64,000 bases of DNA from NCBI GenBank assembly GCA_964504875.1, contig CAZDFJ010000010.1, positions 1,161 to 65,160 on the forward strand, given 5' to 3'. Within the stretch, counting starts at the first letter, position 1; the number at the start of each line of letters is the position of its first letter. The notes under the pieces were generated by a model. It saw only the letters and a list, made by a program, of their open reading frames with translations, did not search any database and was not told the origin of the DNA. A program made the translations under genes and the position numbers. This DNA comes from an uncultured Burkholderiales bacterium. Lineage in GTDB: Bacteria > Pseudomonadota > Gammaproteobacteria > Burkholderiales > CAZDFJ01. This document shows positions 57,071-64,000 of this stretch, in pieces.

Positions 57071-59140
57071 ATGAAATTTTGGTACCGTTTGGGGTTGCGA
57101 CTTAAAATTTTAATTGCAATGATGATTATCATTTTTAGTGGGACAGCGATTACACTAGGCTATCTCGTGTTTAATATGCATGAAATTTTTTTAAAATATG
57201 GGATAGAAAATGCACAAGAACTCGCATTACATCAAAGTGCGCTCATTCAGTCTGACTTGCAAAGTACGTTTGCCACGGTCAATACTTTGGCAAAATTAAT
57301 TGAAGGACAAGAATATCACAAAAATGCGTTTAATCAGAGTGGTTTAAATAATGCCTTAAAAAATCTTCTGGCGGCGAATCGTAATTATCAAGGCATTTGG
57401 GTCATTTTTGATGAAAAAAATGGACAAAATGTGCCTATTGGCATTCAAGAAGGAATGAATGAATCAGGGCGCTTTACACCTTATTGGCATCGTATTTCTG
57501 ACAAACTCACACTCAATACGCTTGATGAAACAAAATTAATGACGTTTGCAAATCAGGCCTATCCGCAAACAAAAAAGACCGGAGAAATTACGCTGACTTT
57601 AACACAAGAAGAGAAGTCCATTCAGACGCCTTCTTTTTTTACGATAGCGATGCCTATTTATTCTTTAGGCAAAGTTTTTTTAGGAGCAACAGGTGTCAAT
57701 ATTGATTTAGAAACTTATCAAAATCAACTCAATCAAATTCGGCCTTATAAATTAGGGACGCTTTCGCTTATTTCTCAAGAAGGCATATATCTTACGCATA
57801 TTGATCCTTCTCGATTACATCATGCAATTGACGAAAAGCCCAATTTGGCAGAAGCGAAAAAGGCTATTCAAGCGGGAAAAGCATATCATTTTGTTGATAT
57901 GCAGACCAATCAATTAATCGTTACAGTACCCATGAAAGTAAATAATCTTAAACAAATATGGTCTGTCATGGTCACGATTCCGATTGATGCAATGACGAGT
58001 AAACATATTCAAGTTTTGAAAAACTCCCTTTTACTTGGCACAGTTGTTGTTTTAATTTTAATTGCAATTTTAATGTTTATATTACATTATATGTTAAATC
58101 GACCGTTGACTCAACTTGCTTTTTTTATCAATGATGTTGCGAAAAAAAATGACTTTTCAATGCGTCTTCCTGAGAAAAAACAACAAGATGAAATCGGACA
58201 AACAGGGATGGCTTTTAATAATTTAATGCAAACATTGCAGATTGCTTTTGCGGATGTTTTAGACATGATGGCAAAGCTGGCCGCCCGTGATATGACCCAA
58301 CGTGTGGAAGTATCTGTGCATGGAGATTTGGCCCAACTAAAAGAGGCGGCCAATGATTCATTACAGCAACTTTCTGAGGTCATGCGTCAGATTATTTCTC
58401 ATGTGCATCAAATGGAAATCGATACAGTTGAAACAACTGAATCTGTGTACCAAGTTCTTGAAAATTCAAAAGAACAAGCCTTGGCCTTAACCGATGTGAC
58501 GTCGGCATTAGAACAAAATAAAATTGCCATTAATGATGTCACATCTAGTTTGGCCCATGCAAATCGTCACGCCCATTATGCAGAAGAGTGCGCTTTGACG
58601 GGGCAGGAAACCATGCAAAATACAATCCGGATGGTTGCGGATATGGCGCACAACAGCGAGACAATGACACATATTACTGATATTTTGGATAAAATCAGTA
58701 AAGAAATTAATCTATTAGCGTTAAATGCGTCTATTGAGGCGTCTCGTGCGGGCGAGGCCGGAAAAGGTTTTGCTATTGTTGCGGATCGCGTACGCAATTT
58801 ATCTGTTTCTTCCAGTTCACAAATCCAAGAAATCGTGAGTTTAATTAATCGCGGAGATCATCTTGCAAAAGATAGTGTTCATGCTGTTGGACTAATTCAA
58901 GAGGAAATGGGGCGCATTCGAGACTCAGTTTTACAGACCGTTTCTATGCTCGATAAAATTGCCAGTACGATGGAAGAGCAGAATGCCGCGATGCATGAAC
59001 TTAGCGAAAATGCCGAAACTTTACAACAAAGCGTGCGTGAAAACAGTGATGCTGCCGAAATTATTGCCAATGCAATGAAATCCCTTGAAAAATTAGTACA
59101 ACAAACAGCCAAAGAAATCAAATCCTTCAAAGTGGAATAA
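57071..59140 (+). CDS. methyl-accepting chemotaxis protein with Cache-like periplasmic sensor and HAMP
   Basis: TM1, a Cache-like region of about 280 aa, TM2 and HAMP. Conserved signalling hairpin LLALNASIEASRAGEAGKGFAIVADRVRNLS. Confidence 0.85.
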   Translation: MKFWYRLGLRLKILIAMMIIIFSGTAITLGYLVFNMHEIFLKYGIENAQELALHQSALIQSDLQSTFATVNTLAKLIEGQEYHKNAFNQSGLNNALKNLLAANRNYQGIWVIFDEKNGQNVPIGIQEGMNESGRFTPYWHRISDKLTLNTLDETKLMTFANQAYPQTKKTGEITLTLTQEEKSIQTPSFFTIAMPIYSLGKVFLGATGVNIDLETYQNQLNQIRPYKLGTLSLISQEGIYLTHIDPSRLHHAIDEKPNLAEAKKAIQAGKAYHFVDMQTNQLIVTVPMKVNNLKQIWSVMVTIPIDAMTSKHIQVLKNSLLLGTVVVLILIAILMFILHYMLNRPLTQLAFFINDVAKKNDFSMRLPEKKQQDEIGQTGMAFNNLMQTLQIAFADVLDMMAKLAARDMTQRVEVSVHGDLAQLKEAANDSLQQLSEVMRQIISHVHQMEIDTVETTESVYQVLENSKEQALALTDVTSALEQNKIAINDVTSSLAHANRHAHYAEECALTGQETMQNTIRMVADMAHNSETMTHITDILDKISKEINLLALNASIEASRAGEAGKGFAIVADRVRNLSVSSSSQIQEIVSLINRGDHLAKDSVHAVGLIQEEMGRIRDSVLQTVSMLDKIASTMEEQNAAMHELSENAETLQQSVRENSDAAEIIANAMKSLEKLVQQTAKEIKSFKVE

Positions 59141-59317
59141 AAAACCCGGCCCTCTTTTTCGAAGAATCGTGCAAAAAAAGGGGTCCGTGTTATACTATCT
59201 TTCTCCCTGTTTATACAGTGAATATTCATTTTTACAGTCTTTTTTGGTGTCTATTTTTTTATCGACAAGACAAGACGATGCAAAAATAGTCATCTTTTAT
59301 TACATTCCAATCAATGA

Positions 59318-60355
<1,038 letters not shown>

Positions 60356-60363
60356 TTTTTATT

Positions 60364-61170
60364 ATGACAATAACATTGACACAAGATAGCCCTTGTTTAA
60401 AAATAGGCTCACGTACTTTTTCTTCTCGTCTTTTAGTGGGCACGGGAAAATACAAAGATTTCGAAGAAACCCGTTTGGCCATTGACGCCAGTGGTGCAGA
60501 AATTGTCACGGTAGCAATTCGTCGGACAAATATCGGGCAAAATCCAGACGAACCGAATCTTTTAGATGTTTTGCCCCCTGAAAAGTATACGATTTTACCC
60601 AATACAGCCGGTTGTTATACAGCAGAAGATGCCATTCGTACATTGCGTCTTGCCCGTGAACTGTTAGACGGACACAACTTAGTTAAACTGGAAGTTTTAG
60701 GTGATCCCAAAACACTTTATCCGAATGTAATCGAGACGGTGCGGGCCGCGGAAGTGCTTGTCAAAGAGGGTTTTGATGTGATGGTTTATACCAGTGATGA
60801 TCCTTTGATTGCAAAACAATTACAAGACATAGGTTGCGTCGCGGTGATGCCTTTGGCCTCGCTGATTGGTTCAGGTATGGGTATTTTAAATCCGCATAAT
60901 TTATTATTGATTTTAGATGCGCTGACCGTGCCTGTTTTAGTGGATGCAGGGGTGGGCACGGCGAGTGATGCGGCGATCGCGATGGAGCTGGGGTGTGATG
61001 GCATTCTCATGAATACAGCGATTGCCCAAGCAACGCATCCTGTTTTAATGGCCAGTGCCATGCGCAAGGCGGTTGAAGCTGGACGAGAAGCTTATTTAGC
61101 AGGACGTATGCCTAAAAAAGTTTATCAGGCAAGCCCAAGTTCACCTACATTAGGTTTGATTGGTCGTTAA
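60364..61170 (+). CDS. thiG: thiazole synthase
   Basis: [34 protein letters not shown] and the rest of the ThiG barrel. It lies 8 nt after hemB, and no thiS precedes it. Confidence 0.95.
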   Translation: MTITLTQDSPCLKIGSRTFSSRLLVGTGKYKDFEETRLAIDASGAEIVTVAIRRTNIGQNPDEPNLLDVLPPEKYTILPNTAGCYTAEDAIRTLRLARELLDGHNLVKLEVLGDPKTLYPNVIETVRAAEVLVKEGFDVMVYTSDDPLIAKQLQDIGCVAVMPLASLIGSGMGILNPHNLLLILDALTVPVLVDAGVGTASDAAIAMELGCDGILMNTAIAQATHPVLMASAMRKAVEAGREAYLAGRMPKKVYQASPSSPTLGLIGR

Positions 61171-61191
61171 TCAAATTCTTTTATGGCAGAG

Positions 61192-61224
61192 AAGCCTTCT
61201 TGTCCCCACAAGAAGGCTTTTTTT
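61192..61224 (+). terminator. thiG terminator
   Basis: 12-bp stem aagccttcttgt / acaagaaggctt with cccc loop (61192-61219), running into T7 (61218-61224). Confidence 0.9.
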
Positions 61225-61242
61225 ATGGTAAAGTAAATTTGC

Positions 61243-61271
61243 TTGAAAAAGATCTTTAAAGCACTTAATAT
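61243..61271 (+). promoter_or_regulatory. candidate sigma-70 promoter for the aldehyde dehydrogenase gene
   Basis: TTGAAA (61243-61248), 17 nt, then TAATAT (61266-61271). This would give a leader of about 120 nt. Confidence 0.35.
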
Positions 61272-61396
61272 GGTAAGGCAGCGGGGGGAGTGAGAGGAAA
61301 ATATGGTTTTCAAAAATAAAAAAAATAGACTGTTTTGTCTAGGCCATATTCGGGTAATCTTATTTATTGATTCATTAATTTATGCTGGAGACAACG

Positions 61397-62920
61397 ATGT
61401 TTCAAAATGCTTATGAAACTTTAACAGATAAGAAAATTCCATTACGGACACGTTATGATAATTATATTGGCGGCGAGTGGGTAGCGCCTGTCAATGGACG
61501 TTATTTTGAAAACACGAGCCCGATTAATGGCGAAGTGATTTGTGAAGTCGCGCGTTCTGATGCGGCAGATATTGAAAAAGCATTAGATGCCGCCCATGCT
61601 GCCGCAGAAAAATGGGGAAAATCCTCTCCAAAACGGCGGGCCTATGTTCTCAACGCGATTGCAGATCGTATTGAAGAATATAACAGTTTTTTGGCCTTAG
61701 CAGAAACCATGGATAATGGTAAACCTATTCGTGAAAGTTTAGCCGCAGACTTACCTTTGGCGTCAGATCATTTTCGTTATTTTGCCAGTTGTATTCGCGC
61801 TCAAGAAGGGGCATTGAGCCAAATTGATGAAGAGACTGTTGCGTATCATTTTCATGAGCCATTAGGGGTAGTTGGTCAGATTATTCCATGGAATTTCCCA
61901 TTATTAATGGCTGTATGGAAGCTTGCTCCTGCATTGGCCGCCGGCAATTGCGTCGTATTAAAACCTGCTGAACAAACCCCTATGAGTATTATGGTCTTAA
62001 TGGATCTCATCGGTGATTTATTGCCAGCTGGGGTGCTCAATGTGGTCAATGGTTTTGGTCTCGAAGCAGGCAAGCCTTTAGCTTCTAGCCCCCGAATTGC
62101 AAAAATTGCTTTCACGGGCGAAACTTCTACAGGCCGTTTGATTATGCAATATGCGTCTGAAAATATTATCCCTGTTACTTTAGAGCTAGGCGGTAAATCG
62201 CCGAATGTCTTTTTTGCAGATGTGATGAATGAAGACGATAGCTTCTTAGAAAAAGCTGTTGAAGGCTTTACTTTGTTTGCGTTAAATCAAGGCGAAGTGT
62301 GTACTTGCCCTTCTCGTGCTTTGATTCAAGAATCTATTTATGATCGTTTTATGGAAAAAGCCATTGCGCGTGTCGAAAAAATTATCAAAGGCAACCCGCT
62401 AGATCGTAAAACAATGATTGGGGCTCAAGCCTCTTATGATCAACTGGAAAAAATTCTTTCTTACATTGATATTGGTCAACAAGAAGGCGGGAAAGTCTTA
62501 ACGGGGGGCAAACGCGCTTATCCTGCTGAGGGCTTAGAAAACGGCTTTTATGTCGAACCGACTGTCATTGAAGGCCACAATAAAATGCGCCTTTTCCAAG
62601 AAGAAATTTTTGGGCCCGTCTTAGCGGTCACGACATTTAAAGATTTTGATGAAGCTTTAGCAATAGCAAATGATACCCAATACGGTTTGGGCGCAGGGGT
62701 TTGGTCACGTGATGGCAATACCGCCTATCGGATGGGCCGAGGCATTAAAGCCGGACGCGTCTGGACAAATTGCTATCATCTTTACCCGGCTCATGCGGCC
62801 TTTGGCGGCTATAAAAAATCAGGAATTGGTCGCGAAACACACAAAATGATGTTAGAACATTATCAACAAACTAAAAACTTGTTGGTCAGTTATGGCACAC
62901 ATCCATTAGGATTATTTTAA
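61397..62920 (+). CDS. NAD(P)-dependent aldehyde dehydrogenase
   Basis: ALDH motifs LELGGKSP (catalytic Glu) and [14 protein letters not shown] (catalytic Cys). GGAG lies 6 nt upstream of ATG 61397; the track ATG at 61382 is also possible. Confidence 0.9.
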   Translation: MFQNAYETLTDKKIPLRTRYDNYIGGEWVAPVNGRYFENTSPINGEVICEVARSDAADIEKALDAAHAAAEKWGKSSPKRRAYVLNAIADRIEEYNSFLALAETMDNGKPIRESLAADLPLASDHFRYFASCIRAQEGALSQIDEETVAYHFHEPLGVVGQIIPWNFPLLMAVWKLAPALAAGNCVVLKPAEQTPMSIMVLMDLIGDLLPAGVLNVVNGFGLEAGKPLASSPRIAKIAFTGETSTGRLIMQYASENIIPVTLELGGKSPNVFFADVMNEDDSFLEKAVEGFTLFALNQGEVCTCPSRALIQESIYDRFMEKAIARVEKIIKGNPLDRKTMIGAQASYDQLEKILSYIDIGQQEGGKVLTGGKRAYPAEGLENGFYVEPTVIEGHNKMRLFQEEIFGPVLAVTTFKDFDEALAIANDTQYGLGAGVWSRDGNTAYRMGRGIKAGRVWTNCYHLYPAHAAFGGYKKSGIGRETHKMMLEHYQQTKNLLVSYGTHPLGLF

Positions 62921-62969
62921 TATTGAATCATTATAATGCCTGTTAAACTGATTGTATAAAATACCTTAA

Positions 62970-62996
62970 AGGCGACGATTCAAGTCGCCTTTTTTT
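62970..62996 (+). terminator. aldehyde dehydrogenase terminator
   Basis: AGGCGAC-gattcaa-GTCGCCT hairpin (62970-62990) followed by T6 (62991-62996). Confidence 0.85.
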
Positions 62997-63031
62997 ATGT
63001 GAATTTAAATAAATAGACAGGACGGTCTAGT

Positions 63032-63946
63032 ATGTTTAGAAAAATTTTGGCTTGGCTTAAACAAACCCGAAAACGGGATGCAACAATTGAAATCGTGCAA
63101 GACGAACCTCTAACTAGTCGCAGTACGGCTTCTTTTGGACGTTTTCTTCAACGCGCGATTAAAATCGGTTTTTTAATTGGCTTGGTGATTGTCTTAATTA
63201 ATGTATTGGTTCCTTTTCGGGTGGTGCCGGCAGGACATCGGGGCGTCATGACTACATTTGGGAGAGTAGATAATATTGTTTTGGGAGAAGGCCTTCATTT
63301 TCGTATCCCACTTGTGCAAGAAATTCACTTAGTGACGGTTCAAATTCAAAAAGGGGAAGGAAGCGGAGAGGCGGCGTCTAAAGATTTACAACAAGTTTCG
63401 TCTACGGTGGCGATTAATTATCATTTGGCGCCCAATGAAGTGCCTTATGTTTTTCAAGCAATTGGTTCAGTTGAGGACGTCGGCATGCGTATTATTACCC
63501 CCGCCGTCTCTGAATCGGTGAAAGCGGCGACTGCCCAATATACTGCAGAAGAATTAATCACTAAACGGGCGGCCGTTCGAGAAAATATTCGCATTGAATT
63601 AGCTCATCGCTTGCGTAAATATGGCATTATTGTTGATGAATTTAGTATTGTGAATTTTACTTTTTCGAAGTCATTTAATGATGCGATTGAAGCTAAAACG
63701 ACAGCGGAACAGTTAAAATTAAAAGCAGAACGCGATTTACAACGTATTCGGGTTGAAGCTGAGCAAAAATTAGCACAAGCGCGGGCGGAAGCTGAATCAC
63801 TTGCTTTGCAAAAACAACAAGTTAGTGCTGAATTAATTCGTTTACGGGAAGTAGAAACGCAACGGGAAGCGATTCGCAAATGGGATGGCCGTTTACCGCA
63901 AGTCACGGCAGGAACGCCATTTATTAATGTCACGCCAAAAGAATAA
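63032..63946 (+). CDS. SPFH / band-7 (prohibitin-like) membrane protein
   Basis: N-terminal TM (IGFLIGLVIVLINVLVPF), an SPFH core (VVPAGHRGVMTTFGRV ...) and a C-terminal Ala/Glu/Gln-rich coiled coil. Confidence 0.8.
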   Translation: MFRKILAWLKQTRKRDATIEIVQDEPLTSRSTASFGRFLQRAIKIGFLIGLVIVLINVLVPFRVVPAGHRGVMTTFGRVDNIVLGEGLHFRIPLVQEIHLVTVQIQKGEGSGEAASKDLQQVSSTVAINYHLAPNEVPYVFQAIGSVEDVGMRIITPAVSESVKAATAQYTAEELITKRAAVRENIRIELAHRLRKYGIIVDEFSIVNFTFSKSFNDAIEAKTTAEQLKLKAERDLQRIRVEAEQKLAQARAEAESLALQKQQVSAELIRLREVETQREAIRKWDGRLPQVTAGTPFINVTPKE

Positions 63947-64000
63947 ATAGATTATCGCGATAAAAAATCAAAGAAAAAAATAATTTTTCGGGCCAGTGAA

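Noticed and set aside
60356-60363. TPP riboswitch upstream of thiG.
   Set aside because: Only 8 nt separate hemB and thiG, so there is no room for a riboswitch. None is recognisable upstream of hemB either.
63952-63963. 12-bp palindrome TTATCGCGATAA just after the SPFH gene.
   Set aside because: It is too short to form a terminator hairpin, and only an A-run follows. It sits at the window edge, so its context cannot be judged.

Overview
This is a 64-kb chromosomal segment from a moderately AT-rich Gram-negative genome. Its gene order looks beta/gamma-proteobacterial (folC-dedD-cvpA-purF, ppiB-lpxH, dusB-purH-purD, DUF2782-thrB); I cannot name the species. I support about 42 protein-coding genes, most of them housekeeping. 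They cover purine synthesis (purF, purE, purD, purH), argG, tal, thrB, hemB, thiG, folC, glnE, prlC, clpB, lpxH, ppiB, ftsB, dusB, tsaC and copA. Among these sit many sensory and c-di-GMP genes: CHASE-PAS-GGDEF, PAS-GAF-GGDEF, PAS-GGDEF-EAL, an orphan PAS histidine kinase and a Cache-type MCP. I saw no rRNA, tRNA, CRISPR array, integrase, transposase, prophage or recognisable defence genes, so this reads as core chromosome rather than an accessory island. I did not find a clear-cut novel multi-gene system. The best unexplained items are listed here. (1) A monocistronic 725-aa protein with an EF-hand and a C-terminal 3-TM region, preceded by a 23-bp tandem duplication. (2) A 356-aa protein with EF-hand-like DxDxN loops that sits 25 bp upstream of copA. 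(3) A tight HD / DUF1800 / DUF1501 operon. (4) A structured leader with a candidate 17-codon uORF upstream of the PAS-GGDEF-EAL gene. (5) A CitE/HpcH-like gene at the left edge whose partners may lie outside the window. (6) Six intergenic regions over 400 bp that are very AT-rich and all lie between divergent genes. Regulatory details that can be read directly include a near-consensus sigma-32 promoter and a conserved internal SD+GTG start in clpB, many bidirectional terminators, and no fis between dusB and purH. All function calls rest on motif recognition by eye, with no database search. Several starts differ from the ORF track, which extends to the longest TTG/GTG start.
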